The notes beneath the pieces are model-generated. The model saw only the letters and a program-made list of their open reading frames with translations. It searched no databases and was not told where the DNA came from. From a bacterium (GTDB lineage: Bacteria; Armatimonadota; Zipacnadia; Zipacnadales; UBA11051), in assembly GCA_030604405.1 (NCBI GenBank), contig JAUVVY010000013.1, positions 3,267-67,266 on the forward strand: DNA of 64,000 nt. Reading direction: 5' to 3'. Both the position numbers and the translations under genes were made by a program. Positions 27,937 through 39,214 of this stretch are shown here, one piece after another (within the stretch, counting starts at the first letter, position 1; each line of letters opens with the position of its first letter).

Positions 27937-30381
27937 ATGAATGTAAAAGCGCTCGGCGTCATATTCGCTCTGTCCATCATCACACTCACATTCCAACACA
28001 GCCTTGCCCAGGGGCCGGAGCCGGGCGCGGGCATGGAGGTCGCTATGGCCAAAGCAGATTTCGATCCACTGATCGGCGGATGCGGGGGCGTTTACTTCCT
28101 CGCCGAGCCCGGGGAACTCGTCGTCGAGGTCGTCAAGCGCGACCGCAACGCCCGCAAGACAACATCGGAGTTGCGCGCAATCCTCGTCGGCCCCGACCGT
28201 GAGGTGCTTGACGAGCAGTTCATCCGCGATGACGGGCAGGAGGTCGGCAGCGGCCTCGGTCCCGCACAAACCGTCACCCTCCGCACCACCGCACAGCGCA
28301 GCGGCATCTATGCGCTCAATGTCACCGTATCGCAGGATCGCTATGGCGTGCAGATGGTCTGGGGCTTCCGCACTAATTGCCCCAGATACCTCATCGAGAC
28401 CGCGCGCGGCCACAAGGACCGGCGTCACGAGGAGCCAATCGTCCTGGAGAGCCCGGACGAGCCGGCAACGGTCTGCTTCCACCCGCGTCAGGGCGAATTC
28501 GGCATCCAACTGACCGGCCTGCCGGCAGATGCGCAGCCGCCGACGGTTCACAATGCCAATGGCGAGCAGCTCGGCGTCCTCACCATCGGCGAGCCGGGCA
28601 CCGCCACCTGGACTGCTCCCGCCGATATACACCGTGATGCCATCCCCTGGCAGCTCCGCCTGCCCGCGGGGAAGGCCATAATCAACATTGAGGGCGTCAC
28701 AATCTGGAGCGATGCCGAGCCCATCTACAATGCCTGCTACTGGTCGCCCGATCCGGATTCATGGTTCCCCTTCATCGAGAACCGCTGGCTGCTGACGCCC
28801 TACCAGCGGACCATCTACGCCGATGCCGGCGAGCAGGGCGAGATCAACCTGCGCGTGCACAACAATGCCCTGCAGGAGCGTGATTTCGGCCTCAGCGTGG
28901 AGTTCCCGGATGGCGAGTGGCCGGCGCAGGTCAGCCCGGCGGAGGTGACGTTGGGCGCGCGCGGCGCCTCACAGGTCACGGTCCGCTATACCGTGCCGGA
29001 GGGCGAGGGGCCGCACCGGGCCTACGTCCGTGTCACCCCGTCCGATACGCCGTCAGTCACCACCTGGTCGGCGCTGACGATCAAGCCCGGCGAGGCGCCC
29101 GCCACAGAGCCGCTGGAAATGCCGCTGCAGCTCAGAGCCTACGCGCATGAGAACAAGCAGTTCGGCTACCTGCCGGACTATCCGCTCGACTACCAGGTGT
29201 ACTTCTCTCCCGACAACCGGCCATACATGCGCGTCGGGCAGGGCGTCGCGACCATCCGGGATGGCGAGTGGGTCACAACGAGTATCAATGACGCGCTGAC
29301 GGCCCGGTCGGAGGCCTTTGAGGGTCAGGGTGTCAGTCTGGCCTCAACCAAGATCGCCTTCGATGCCGATGGCGGGCTCTACCTGCCGGCACGCTGCGCG
29401 GGCAAGAATGCGCTGGTCTACTCATCCGACGGCGGCAGCACATTTGAGGTGTATGAGATCCCCGGCGACCGCGGCGGTCTGGATATCGAGAACTTCTCCG
29501 GGCAGAACTTCGCTGAGGGCCCGCCGCCATTCGTCCGCTTCCGCCGCACGGCCAAGGACACCAAGCTGAAATGGCGCAGCCTCAACGATCTGGAACTGTT
29601 CGTGCCGAAGAAGGTCAATGGCCGCATCGCGATCGGGGAGCCGATCCCGATCACCAAGCTGTGCATCGGCCTGTCGGCGCACTCGGGTATTCCGTCATCA
29701 GTGGTCTCGAGGGGGTCGAAGGTCCATGTGGCCTGGGGAGAGGCCACGGATCCGGAGGAGAAGGTGCCGGGCGTGCCGACGTACTGCGTCACCTATGATG
29801 CAGAGAGCGGCGAACTGGGGACGCCGGCGCTTTTGGGCTACGGCCCGCCGGCGAATGATGGCCACAACTCACCGAGCATCACGATGGATGGTGATGGCTA
29901 CATCCATGTGCTGATCGGCACTCACGGGCGGCCGTTCCACCACTGCATGTCGCAGCAGCCGAATGACGCCGGTGGCGGCTGGACCGAGCCGCTGACGGCC
30001 GGGGAGCGGCTCAACCAGACGTATATTGGGATGGTATGCACGGCGGATGGCACATTGCATGTGGTGTATCGGCTATGGCGCTGGGGCGAGCCGTTTCCCA
30101 ACAGCAGCCATGCGACGCTGGCATATCAGCGCAAGCGGCCGGGGCAGGGCTGGGAGGAGCCGCGGATACTGGTGCGGGCGGCCTTTTCGGAATACAGTAT
30201 CTTCTACCATCGCCTCACCAGCGACCGGGCAGGCAGGCTGTTTCTCTCGTATGATTACTGGTCGACGCACTGGTTCTATCGGAATGACCATGTCGGAAAT
30301 CGCCGGGCGATGCTGATGTCGCCAGATGCGGGCGAGACGTGGAAGCTGGCGGAGACGAAGGATCTGGTACCTGGGCTGTAA
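27937..30381 (+). CDS. secreted protein with C-terminal BNR-repeat (BNR_4-like) domain
   Basis: RBS AAAGGAGA. Signal peptide MNVKALGVIFALSIITLTFQHSLAQG. C-terminal Asp-box-like repeats (SSDGGSTFEV, SPDAGETWK). Confidence 0.65.
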   Translation: MNVKALGVIFALSIITLTFQHSLAQGPEPGAGMEVAMAKADFDPLIGGCGGVYFLAEPGELVVEVVKRDRNARKTTSELRAILVGPDREVLDEQFIRDDGQEVGSGLGPAQTVTLRTTAQRSGIYALNVTVSQDRYGVQMVWGFRTNCPRYLIETARGHKDRRHEEPIVLESPDEPATVCFHPRQGEFGIQLTGLPADAQPPTVHNANGEQLGVLTIGEPGTATWTAPADIHRDAIPWQLRLPAGKAIINIEGVTIWSDAEPIYNACYWSPDPDSWFPFIENRWLLTPYQRTIYADAGEQGEINLRVHNNALQERDFGLSVEFPDGEWPAQVSPAEVTLGARGASQVTVRYTVPEGEGPHRAYVRVTPSDTPSVTTWSALTIKPGEAPATEPLEMPLQLRAYAHENKQFGYLPDYPLDYQVYFSPDNRPYMRVGQGVATIRDGEWVTTSINDALTARSEAFEGQGVSLASTKIAFDADGGLYLPARCAGKNALVYSSDGGSTFEVYEIPGDRGGLDIENFSGQNFAEGPPPFVRFRRTAKDTKLKWRSLNDLELFVPKKVNGRIAIGEPIPITKLCIGLSAHSGIPSSVVSRGSKVHVAWGEATDPEEKVPGVPTYCVTYDAESGELGTPALLGYGPPANDGHNSPSITMDGDGYIHVLIGTHGRPFHHCMSQQPNDAGGGWTEPLTAGERLNQTYIGMVCTADGTLHVVYRLWRWGEPFPNSSHATLAYQRKRPGQGWEEPRILVRAAFSEYSIFYHRLTSDRAGRLFLSYDYWSTHWFYRNDHVGNRRAMLMSPDAGETWKLAETKDLVPGL

Positions 30382-30524
30382 TGGCGGAACCTGCCCCTTG
30401 CGTGTGAGTGCTGATGGTTGCGCCGTGACGGTGACCGCCTCGCCGTTCCCGCATGCCCGAGGTTTCCGGGGGGCGTTGGATACACCGCCAGCCCCCTCAA
30501 GACCTAGAAAGGAAGGAGAATCCT

Positions 30525-31040
30525 ATGGCACCAGACACGATTGAGACGATCATGAAGCGCAGGAGTATCCGCAGCTACCGACCGGACGAGATCCCGGACG
30601 AGGACCTGCGGACGATTCTGGAAGCGGGCCGCCAGGCCCCGTCGGCGGGCAACCGTCAGCCCTGGCATTTTGTGGTGGTGAAAGACCCGGACCTGAAGCG
30701 AGAGGTGGCCGATGCGTGTCACGATCAGACGTGGATGGCAGAGGCGCATCTCATCATCGCCGCCGTCGGCTTGCCGGCGGCCAGCGAGGCCTGGTTCGCG
30801 GTGGATACCGCCATCGCCCTGCAGACTATCATTCTGGCGGCGCATAGCCTGGGCTACGGCACCTGCTGGATCGGTGCCTTCGACGAGGAGAAGGTCCAGG
30901 AGCTGCTGCGCCTTGCGCCGGACCTGAAGGTCATCTGCCTGACGCCGGTGGGCGTGCCAGCGGTGCAGCCGGAGGCGCGAGCCCGGAAGGAACTCAGCGA
31001 GGTGTTTTCGCTGGATGAATATGGCCAGCCGTTGACGTAA
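30525..31040 (+). CDS. nitroreductase family protein
   Basis: …RRSIRSYRPDEIPDEDLRTILEAGRQAPSAGNRQPWHFVVV… is the classic nitroreductase N-terminal FMN-binding motif. GGAAGGAG RBS. Confidence 0.8.
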   Translation: MAPDTIETIMKRRSIRSYRPDEIPDEDLRTILEAGRQAPSAGNRQPWHFVVVKDPDLKREVADACHDQTWMAEAHLIIAAVGLPAASEAWFAVDTAIALQTIILAAHSLGYGTCWIGAFDEEKVQELLRLAPDLKVICLTPVGVPAVQPEARARKELSEVFSLDEYGQPLT

Positions 31041-31071
31041 AGGTCAGGAGACATCGAAAAGGAGAACAACC

Positions 31072-31578
31072 ATGTCTCGACCCACGCTGTTGATTGTGTA
31101 CTACACGCAGAGCGGCAACACGGAGCGGATGGCGAGAGCTATCGCCGAGGGGGCCGAGGCCGGCGGCGTCGAGGCCCCGCTGAAGAGGGTCGAAGAGTGC
31201 GAACTGGAGGACCTGGTGCAGGCTGATGGCCTCGCCCTCGGCTCGCCTACCTACGTCAGCAACGTGGCCTGGCAGGTCAAGAAGCTGATTGACGAATCCA
31301 TTGAACTGTACCATGGCAAGCAACTGAAGGATAAAGTCGCCGGTCTCTTCACTTCGTCCGGCACGGAACGCGACGCCAAAGACTGTATGAGGATGATGGA
31401 GATCGCATTGGGGTTCCACCTCGAGATGAGCCTGGTTCAGCCCGGCCTCATCTGCCTCAACGGTCAGCCCGAGGAGAAGACTGGGGACCAGTGTCAGGAG
31501 TATGGCAGGCGGCTGGCCCGCGAGTTGTTCGCTCGCCGGCGACTGGCGGAGAAGAGCAACGAAGACACGGAGGACTAA
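31072..31578 (+). CDS. flavodoxin-like / NAD(P)H-dependent FMN reductase family protein
   Basis: LLIVYYTQSGNTERMARAIAEGA flavodoxin-like FMN-binding N-terminus. AAAGGAGA RBS. Confidence 0.7.
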   Translation: MSRPTLLIVYYTQSGNTERMARAIAEGAEAGGVEAPLKRVEECELEDLVQADGLALGSPTYVSNVAWQVKKLIDESIELYHGKQLKDKVAGLFTSSGTERDAKDCMRMMEIALGFHLEMSLVQPGLICLNGQPEEKTGDQCQEYGRRLARELFARRRLAEKSNEDTED

Positions 31579-31800
31579 GGCGGCCGGGAGTATTCTCTAT
31601 TGCGGTCAGCCCGGGCCAGAGAACAGCGCGGCAGTTATCGAACCCGCCCACAGCAACAACGTCTCTGACCTGGAGGTTAGGGAGATACTGGCCAAGCTAC
31701 GACCAAGACAAGGCACGCCAGATTGTGCCACTGCTGCGGGACAGGCGTCCTGAGACATGCGGTAAGATTGCCTAGCCCGAATCAACAGGAGGCGTTGGAC

Positions 31801-32319
31801 ATGGACGTGTACGAAGCCATTCAGACACGCCAGAGTATCAGGCGTTACCGGCCCGAGCCGGTGCCAGATGACGTGCTCAACAGGGTGCTCGATGCCACGA
31901 GACTTGCGCCATCAGCGGGGAATCTACAGCCGTGGCGGTTCATCGTTGTGAAGGATGCCGCAGTACGTGAGCAGTTGGCCAAGGCAACAGACAGGCAGGG
32001 GTTTATCGCTCATGCCCCGATAATCATCGTCGCCTGCGGCTGGAAGGAGCGGGCGTATTCCAAGATGGGCGGCTACTGGAACAGCCTCGCGGTGGACCTG
32101 GCTATCGCGTTCGACCACTTGACACTTGCGGCGGCCGCAGAGGGACTGGGAACCTGCTGGATCGGTTCGTTCCTTGAGGAAGAAGTGCGGCGTGTGTTGG
32201 GCATCCCTGAGGAGGTGACGGTGATCGCCCTGACGCCGATGGGTTATCACGATGTGTCGCCGACGGAGAAGACGCGCAAGGACCTGACGGAGATCGTGTG
32301 CTATGAGCGATGGGGCTGA
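31801..32319 (+). CDS. nitroreductase family protein (paralog)
   Basis: …RQSIRRYRPEPVPDDVLNRVLDATRLAPSAGNLQPWRFIVV… AGGAGG RBS. Confidence 0.8.
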   Translation: MDVYEAIQTRQSIRRYRPEPVPDDVLNRVLDATRLAPSAGNLQPWRFIVVKDAAVREQLAKATDRQGFIAHAPIIIVACGWKERAYSKMGGYWNSLAVDLAIAFDHLTLAAAAEGLGTCWIGSFLEEEVRRVLGIPEEVTVIALTPMGYHDVSPTEKTRKDLTEIVCYERWG

Positions 32320-32373
32320 TGGGGCAGGCTGGGCGCGGACGGTGGCAGTTACTGATCAGGAGACTTTGAACTG

Positions 32374-33345
32374 ATGAAATCAATGAAGGCAGTACGAATC
32401 CACAAATACGGCGGGCCGGACGTACTCACCTACGAAGATGCGCCACGGCCTGAACCAAAGGAAGACGAGTTATTGATTCGCGTTCACGCAGCCGGGGTCA
32501 ATCCCGCTGACTGGCAGATACGCTTCGGTAGGCGTTTTGTGCTAGAAGAACCATTCTCGCTGATACTAGGTTTCGATGTGTCGGGAATTGTTGAAGCGGT
32601 AGGTAGCAGCGTCGCTGATTTCAAGACGGGTGACGCAGTTTACGGTATGATGCCTATCCTACAGGGGGGCGCTTATGCAGAGTACGTCACCAGCCCTGCT
32701 ACGGGCGTTGCGCACAAACCCTCCTGCCTCGATCACATTCAAGCAGCGGCCATGCCGGTGGTCTCCCTCACCGCCTGGCAGGCTCTCTTTGAAGCGGGGG
32801 AATTGTCAGCCGGGCAAAGAGTACTTATCCACGCTGCAGCCGGGGGCGTTGGTCACATCGCGGTACAGCTTGCGAAGTGGAAGGGAGCCCACGTAATCGG
32901 CACAGCATCCGCCCGCAACGAGGATTTCCTGCGCGAAATCGGCTGCGATGAGATTACAGACTACACAACGACCCGGTTCGAGGATGTTGTTGCAGATGTT
33001 GACATGGTCTTGGATAGCGTTGTTCGGGATGTCAGTGCGGCCACAGATGCCGTCGCTGGAGAGACTCTGCAGCGTTCCTGGGGCGTGCTGAAGAAGAACG
33101 GTATTCTCGTCTCGATTTGCGCCACACCGTCATCTGAGACCGCTGCGGCCTATGGCGTCCGGTGCAAGCAAATCCTGGCAGACCCGAATGGGGCACAACT
33201 TGCCGAGATTGCCAAGTTGGTTGATGCCGGCCATGTGAAGCCCACCATCAACACCGTACTACCCCTCAAGCAGGCAGCCAAAGCACACGAACTCAGTCAG
33301 GGAGGTCATACGCGAGGGAAGATTGTCCTGCAGGTAGCGGAATGA
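32374..33345 (+). CDS. NADPH:quinone oxidoreductase / zinc-binding MDR-family dehydrogenase
   Basis: MDR/Qor pattern …GVNPADWQ…, [14 protein letters not shown] nucleotide-binding motif. Confidence 0.75.
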   Translation: MKSMKAVRIHKYGGPDVLTYEDAPRPEPKEDELLIRVHAAGVNPADWQIRFGRRFVLEEPFSLILGFDVSGIVEAVGSSVADFKTGDAVYGMMPILQGGAYAEYVTSPATGVAHKPSCLDHIQAAAMPVVSLTAWQALFEAGELSAGQRVLIHAAAGGVGHIAVQLAKWKGAHVIGTASARNEDFLREIGCDEITDYTTTRFEDVVADVDMVLDSVVRDVSAATDAVAGETLQRSWGVLKKNGILVSICATPSSETAAAYGVRCKQILADPNGAQLAEIAKLVDAGHVKPTINTVLPLKQAAKAHELSQGGHTRGKIVLQVAE

Positions 33346-33504
33346 CACACTCTGACCATCGGAAATGCTCAAAGCTTGGGAGGCGTTTCTACAATGGTTC
33401 GCGCTACCAGAAGTGATGTGAGACTGAGAGATGCAAACAGGCCACTGTGGGCCGCATCGTGCCCAGGCCTGGCCTGGTAAACGCGAATGCAGGAGGGGCA
33501 AGCT

Positions 33505-34668
33505 ATGGCGGAGAAGGTTACCATCGAAGTCGCAGCTCCCGAACGGCTGGCCGGAATGAGCATCACGGGCGAGCGCATTAAGGTAGGCACGCCGGGGGAC
33601 TACAAGCCGTGCGTGGCCAAGCTCCCGAGCGGCGAACTGGTGCTGACGGCGTTCTTCCCCGGCGCATTCTGGGCGGGACCCAAATACAGATCGCGTGAGG
33701 ACATCCTGCTCTTTCGCTCAGACGACGGCGGGGAGACCTGGTCGGACCCCGAAAATCTGACCGTGGACAAAGGCCTGCGCGGCCGCGAGCCCTACTTCAC
33801 GATTTTGTCGGACGGTGCCATTCTGATAACCGTGCACTTCCTCGCCGATGACGCACGAAACACAAGCGGCTACACGCAGAGCTACGTCCATCGGTCGGGG
33901 GACGGGGGGAAGACCTGGACCACCGTGCAGACGCAGCCCGAGGGGTGCAAGGCGGGAGATTGCACCTGTACCACACGCAATATCCTCGAGCACCACGACG
34001 GTTCGCTCATGCTCGGTGTTGCGGCCAGAGGTACCAAAGGCTCCTGGATCTGGCGCAGCTTCGACAGGGGCAAGACGTGGAGCGAGAAACATCAGACCAG
34101 GGTCGAAGGGCTTGACGAAACGTACCCTTACACTGCCTACGGTGAAGGTTTCTGGTGGCAGGCGCGGTCGGGAAAGATATATCTGGTGAAGCGCGTTGAC
34201 CACGTTTACGCCGCAAAGCATTTCGGCGACGACCTGTCGCAACTGGACACGGAGCCCTACAGCGACCAGTACAACCGCATGGTGCTGTTCGAAGCCACCG
34301 ATCAGGCCCGCAGCCTTCGCCTCGTGGGCGCGGTTGGGGGTCTGGGGCTTATGTACCCGGCCATTATCCGCCTTGAGGACGGGCGGCTGCTGTTGACCTT
34401 CACGGTGCGCGCGCTGAAGGAGCCGCTCGGCGTGCGCGCAGTCCTCGGCGAAGAATGTGACGACGGACTCAGCTTCGATCTCGATCACGATCGCCTAATG
34501 CTCGACACGCAGACCGCGCCTGGAGTCAGCAGCGGGGGCGGCTTCGGCCCTACGGTCCAGTTGGACGACGGCACGCTCGTAACCAGCTACTCGTGGCGTG
34601 ACGCCGAGCATGTCACGCACATAGAGGTCATCCGCTGGCGCCTGCCTGTGGACTTATCTGCCAGATGA
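33505..34668 (+). CDS. BNR/Asp-box repeat sialidase-like protein
   Basis: Asp-box repeats SDDGGETWS, SGDGGKTWT, SFDRGKTWS. AGGAGGGG RBS 7 nt upstream of 33505 (the ORF also opens at 33487). No signal peptide. Confidence 0.7.
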   Translation: MAEKVTIEVAAPERLAGMSITGERIKVGTPGDYKPCVAKLPSGELVLTAFFPGAFWAGPKYRSREDILLFRSDDGGETWSDPENLTVDKGLRGREPYFTILSDGAILITVHFLADDARNTSGYTQSYVHRSGDGGKTWTTVQTQPEGCKAGDCTCTTRNILEHHDGSLMLGVAARGTKGSWIWRSFDRGKTWSEKHQTRVEGLDETYPYTAYGEGFWWQARSGKIYLVKRVDHVYAAKHFGDDLSQLDTEPYSDQYNRMVLFEATDQARSLRLVGAVGGLGLMYPAIIRLEDGRLLLTFTVRALKEPLGVRAVLGEECDDGLSFDLDHDRLMLDTQTAPGVSSGGGFGPTVQLDDGTLVTSYSWRDAEHVTHIEVIRWRLPVDLSAR

Positions 34669-34680
34669 GGAGAATGAGAG

Positions 34681-36687
34681 ATGACTACCTACGCAAAGAC
34701 ATTGCTGTTGCTGTTGTGCTTGCCACTAGCTGCGGGGGCCCAGTACTCGCGGCCTGACCACGAGCCTGCGCCAGCCGATCTCGGCCAGACGTGGATCGAG
34801 ATCGAGGGTGAGGTCTATGGTGCCAGGCCGAACGAGCTGGGGCCGATCGGCGGAGGTAGTGGCTATCAGCGGATCCTCACCGATGGGGACTACCGCGTTG
34901 CCACGGTGGATGAACTGATTGAGGCCCTTAAGAAGGCGCAACCGGGCGAGGTGGTGTATGTCGAGCCGGATGCCGATATTGACTGCGCGACGCTGGTGTT
35001 TGCAGAGAAGCTGGTACTGGAGATACCCGAAGGGGTTACACTTGCCAGCAACCGCGGGCACGAGGGCTCAAGAGGCGCCATGATCTACAGCGACGCCTTT
35101 GCCACCAGGCCTCTGATAAGGACCCTGGGGCCGAACGTGCGGATCACCGGGCTGTGGATTCGCGGGCCGGACCCCAAGCGCAGAACCGAGCATGCCGGGC
35201 GTTCCTTCAGAGCCGACCGCGGGGACAGCAAGGTTCAGCACGAGTACTACTACAGGTTCCCGGTCTCCGAGGGCATCTACAGCAAGTTCTCCGGCCTGGA
35301 AGTGGACAACTGCGAAGTGTCCGGCTGGAGCCACGCAGGCGTCCACCTCTGGGACGGACACGACCACCAGATTCATCACAACTACATCCACCACAACCAG
35401 ATGAACGGTCTCGGCTACGGTGTGTGCCACGGCTACGGCGAGGAAGCTGTCTCCCTCATCGAGTACAACCTCTTCGACTACAATCGCCACTCCATCGCGG
35501 GCACCGGCAAGCCCGGCAATGCCTACGAGGCAGCCAACAACGTGGAGCTGGGCGTCTCGCTCAGCCACAACTTCGACATGCACGGCGGAGGCGACCGCCG
35601 CGACGGCACCAACATCGCCGGTCACTGGATGAAGATTCATCACAACACCTTCCGCGGCACGGGAGTGGCCGCAATTGTCATCCGCGGAGTGCCTCGTGAG
35701 CAGGCAGAGATCTACAACAACTGGCTCTACCACACCGGCCCTGCCAAGCATGTGCTCAGGCCCTGGCCGACGGGCGGCGATACCCACGTTCAGTCCCACA
35801 ACAACGCCTATGGCCGCCAGCAACCCCTGATCTGGGATGCTGAGTATCAGGCCGATCAGTATCAGCAGGCCCTTGATGCCGGGATCGCAATATACGGGGC
35901 AGGCAACTACGCGCAGGCAAGGGTGCATTTTGTCCAGGCGCTGACCCTCGCAGCCGACGCCGCCGAGCGCTCCAGAGCGCAGTTGCATATCGCACACTGC
36001 TACTTCGAGCAGGGCCTCTTTGGCGTCGCCCAGACTCAATACGACACCGTCCTGCACACGCGGGGGGCTCTCCTGGATGACAGACTCGCTGCGCGAAAGC
36101 GCATCAAACAGATAGGACAGGTGGCGCCCGCCAAGTCCACGCGCCAATGGACCCTCGTTTTCAGTGACGATTTCGAGCGTGACGAGCTCGGCGAGAACTG
36201 GAAGGTGATTCATGGCGACTGGCGCATTGACGCCGGCAAGCTCGTCTGCGGCAACGGCTACTCGGAAATCGTCATCACCAAGACCTTCCCCGGCTGCCAG
36301 CGGATCGAGTTAGAGGCCATGACCCGCGCCGACAGGCCGTGTGACTTCAGCCCGGTTATCCACAGCAACGGCAAAGGCTGCAGAGGCTCGGAGGGCGGCT
36401 ACCTGCTGCAATTCGGCGGCTCCGGAAATACACTGAATCGCATCCTGTGCAGCAATGAACCGCTCGAAGAGAGAAGCGCCGACCGCTTCATCGAACCCGG
36501 GAAAGTCCATAACGTCGTCGCCGAGCTTGATGGCGATACAGTCCGGCTTACAGTGGATGGCAGCACCATTGTTGAGGGCCACGACAGTGCCCCCCTGTTG
36601 GGCGAGGGTCACGAAATGGCAGGACTCTACATGTACCGTGAGACCATGGTGGACCATCTCAGGATCTATACCTCCGAGCCCCAGTAG
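34681..36687 (+). CDS. secreted right-handed parallel beta-helix protein with C-terminal LamG/concanavalin-like domain
   Basis: Signal peptide MTTYAKTLLLLLCLPLAAGA. His/Asn-rich beta-helix turns (HQIHHNYIHHNQMNGLGYG, NRHSIAGTG, SHNFDMHGGGD). Internal TPR-like pair. LamG-like C-terminus. Paralog of 39535-41517, about 75% aa identity. Confidence 0.65.
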   Translation: MTTYAKTLLLLLCLPLAAGAQYSRPDHEPAPADLGQTWIEIEGEVYGARPNELGPIGGGSGYQRILTDGDYRVATVDELIEALKKAQPGEVVYVEPDADIDCATLVFAEKLVLEIPEGVTLASNRGHEGSRGAMIYSDAFATRPLIRTLGPNVRITGLWIRGPDPKRRTEHAGRSFRADRGDSKVQHEYYYRFPVSEGIYSKFSGLEVDNCEVSGWSHAGVHLWDGHDHQIHHNYIHHNQMNGLGYGVCHGYGEEAVSLIEYNLFDYNRHSIAGTGKPGNAYEAANNVELGVSLSHNFDMHGGGDRRDGTNIAGHWMKIHHNTFRGTGVAAIVIRGVPREQAEIYNNWLYHTGPAKHVLRPWPTGGDTHVQSHNNAYGRQQPLIWDAEYQADQYQQALDAGIAIYGAGNYAQARVHFVQALTLAADAAERSRAQLHIAHCYFEQGLFGVAQTQYDTVLHTRGALLDDRLAARKRIKQIGQVAPAKSTRQWTLVFSDDFERDELGENWKVIHGDWRIDAGKLVCGNGYSEIVITKTFPGCQRIELEAMTRADRPCDFSPVIHSNGKGCRGSEGGYLLQFGGSGNTLNRILCSNEPLEERSADRFIEPGKVHNVVAELDGDTVRLTVDGSTIVEGHDSAPLLGEGHEMAGLYMYRETMVDHLRIYTSEPQ

Positions 36688-37033
36688 CCGTCCAACCGGT
36701 CTGCCTCGACCTCCTGCTGCCGCAGGATGTCGGCTTCGTCAGGCGGACAGTCTATTTTCATCAACGATCTGCCGATGGATACCAGTGCTCATGCTATTGC
36801 TTCCGCCGGTTCGCGGCATTTTTCGCTGGCCATCCAGTTGCGAAGACTGTCCAATAGGGGGAGCCACCAGGATTCCGAGCTGTCCTTTGGGAATCGAGGG
36901 ACGGCTCTTGTATTTCAAGCGCACGAGTCATTCTGGGGAAGGAAAAGCACTCGCGGAAGGCGAAATCTACTAGGAACTGTAATCCTCGGTTGGGTACGAT
37001 GGGAAATCTCGCAAGAGAAGGAGGGAACCATCT

Positions 37034-38083
37034 GTGAGAACGTGTACTTCGGTGTTTGCATTGCTGTGTCTTGCCTTATGCTTACACGCGGCTGGCGCGC
37101 AGGAGAGCGAGGGCCGAATCGCGTTCTATTCGAACCGGGGGGGCAACGATGAGATCTACGTCATGAACGCCGATGGATCGGGCGTGACCAATCTCACCAA
37201 CAGCCCCGCGAGGGAGGTGGAGCCGGTCTGGTCGCCTGACGGGAGCAAGATCGCCTTCCGGTCGTACCGTGGCGGCGCCTGGGATATCTACGTAACGAAC
37301 GCCGATGGGTCAGGCCTGCTCAACGTAACCAACCATCCCTCGGTTGACACCTGGCTGGCGTGGTCACCGGACGGCACCCAGATCGCCTTCAGGTCGGACC
37401 GCGATGGCAACTGGGAGATCTGCGTGGTGAATGCGGACGGGTCGGGCCTGCGCAACGTCACCAACAACCCCACATCGGATCGCTGGATAGCGTGGTCGCC
37501 GGACGGGAGCGAGATCGCCTTCGTGTCCTGGCGCGGCGGCCCCGACCAGGTTTACTTAGTTAACGTCGATGGCTCGAGTCAGTGCCAACTCACGAAGAAC
37601 CCCGGCGAGGTCCAGACAGCCACGTTTAGCTGGCTGGCGTGGTCGCCGGATGGGAGCAGCATCGCGCTTTTGGCAGGCGACCTCGACGCCGTGTACACTA
37701 ACATCGCCATCGTTGACGTCGAGACGGGAGAACTGCAACTCCTTACCTCGGGCCCGAACAGGCATGGCCGGCCCAGATGGTCGCCGCACGGCACCCAGAT
37801 CGCCTACGACTGCAAGCGCGAGGGCAACCGCGACATCTACGTGATGACCGAGGACGCACTGTTACCGGGAGTGTGGAGCGTCCGGCGGCTCACGCACGTC
37901 CCTGAGTATGACACGTTCCCGGTATGGTCGCCCGACGGGAGCAAGATTGCCTTCCAGTCGAACCGCGACGGCAACTGGGAGGTTTACGTGATCAACGCGG
38001 ACGGCTCGGGCCTGCGCAACCTCACGAACAACCCGGCCGAGGACTGGGGCGCCGCGTGGCGTCCGGCTCAGGGGCCGCCCTGA
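37034..38083 (+). CDS. secreted TolB-like beta-propeller (PD40 repeat) protein
   Basis: GTG start after GAAGGAGGGA. Signal peptide MRTCTSVFALLCLALCLHAAGAQ. Repeated blades …NADGSGxxNxTNxPxxDxxPxWSPDGSxIAFxS…. Confidence 0.7.
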   Translation: MRTCTSVFALLCLALCLHAAGAQESEGRIAFYSNRGGNDEIYVMNADGSGVTNLTNSPAREVEPVWSPDGSKIAFRSYRGGAWDIYVTNADGSGLLNVTNHPSVDTWLAWSPDGTQIAFRSDRDGNWEICVVNADGSGLRNVTNNPTSDRWIAWSPDGSEIAFVSWRGGPDQVYLVNVDGSSQCQLTKNPGEVQTATFSWLAWSPDGSSIALLAGDLDAVYTNIAIVDVETGELQLLTSGPNRHGRPRWSPHGTQIAYDCKREGNRDIYVMTEDALLPGVWSVRRLTHVPEYDTFPVWSPDGSKIAFQSNRDGNWEVYVINADGSGLRNLTNNPAEDWGAAWRPAQGPP

Positions 38084-38161
38084 ACTGGCCGTCAGCGTTA
38101 GGCTGCTGCCCTGCCCGGTGGATGGTACTATTAGAATGTGCGCACAAGGAGGGAAACATCC

Positions 38162-39214
38162 ATGAGAACGTGCATTTGGATGGTTGTGTTAGTGTGTCTT
38201 GCCTTATGCTTACACGCGGCTGGCGCGCAGGAGGGCGAGGGCCGAATCGCGTTCTACTCGAACCGGGACGGCAACGTCGAAATCCACGCCATGAACGCCG
38301 ATGGGTCGGATATGATCAACCTCACCAACACCCCCGCCAGGGACCTGGAGCCCGTCTGGTCGCCCGACGGGAGCAAGATCGCCTTCCGGTCGTACCATGG
38401 CGGCGCCTGGGATATCTACGTGATGAACGCGGATGGATCGGAGCTGCGCAACCTCTCGAACAATCCCTCGGTTGACAAGTTGCCCGCGTGGTCGCCGGAC
38501 GGCAGCCAGATCGCCTTCAGGTCGAACCGTGACCGCAACTGGGAGATCTACGTGGTCAACGTGGATGCGTCCGATCTGCGCAACGTGACGAACAACCCGC
38601 ACGCGGACCGGCGGCCTGCCTGGTCGCCGGACGGCAGCCAGATCGCCTTCACGTCCTCGCGGGGTGCCCCCGCCGCCCAGCTTTACCTGGTCAACGCCGA
38701 TGGCTCGGGCGAGCGGCAGCTCACGAATAACCCCGGTACAGTGGACGAACTACGCACAGTCTCACTCACATGCCCGGCGTGGTCGCCGGATGGGAGCAAG
38801 ATCGCGCTGCTGGCAGGCGACCTCGATGGCGTGTACACCAACATCGCCTCGGTAAGCGTGGCCACGGGGGAACTGAAGCTCCTTACGTCGGGCGTGGATA
38901 GGCATGGGCGCCCCAGATGGTCGCCGGACGGCAGGCAGATCGTCTTCGACTGCGAGCGCGAGGACAACTCGGACATCTACGTGATGATCGAGGCGACAGA
39001 CCAGCCGGGCGCGTGGACCGTGCGCCGGCTTACGGACGATCTCAAGTTGGACTGGTTCCCGGTGTGGTCGCCGGACGGGCGCAAGATCGCCTTCCAGTCG
39101 AAGCGGGACGGCAACTGGGAGGTCTATGTGATCAACGCGGATGGCTCGGGCCTGAGCAATCTGACTAACGACGCGGCCGACGACCACGGCGTGACGTGGG
39201 GGCCCGATCAGTAG
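38162..39214 (+). CDS. secreted TolB-like beta-propeller (PD40 repeat) protein, tandem paralog
   Basis: ATG after AAGGAGGGAAA. Signal peptide MRTCIWMVVLVCLALCLHAAGAQ. About 75% identical to 37034-38083, including its 5' leader. Confidence 0.7.
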   Translation: MRTCIWMVVLVCLALCLHAAGAQEGEGRIAFYSNRDGNVEIHAMNADGSDMINLTNTPARDLEPVWSPDGSKIAFRSYHGGAWDIYVMNADGSELRNLSNNPSVDKLPAWSPDGSQIAFRSNRDRNWEIYVVNVDASDLRNVTNNPHADRRPAWSPDGSQIAFTSSRGAPAAQLYLVNADGSGERQLTNNPGTVDELRTVSLTCPAWSPDGSKIALLAGDLDGVYTNIASVSVATGELKLLTSGVDRHGRPRWSPDGRQIVFDCEREDNSDIYVMIEATDQPGAWTVRRLTDDLKLDWFPVWSPDGRKIAFQSKRDGNWEVYVINADGSGLSNLTNDAADDHGVTWGPDQ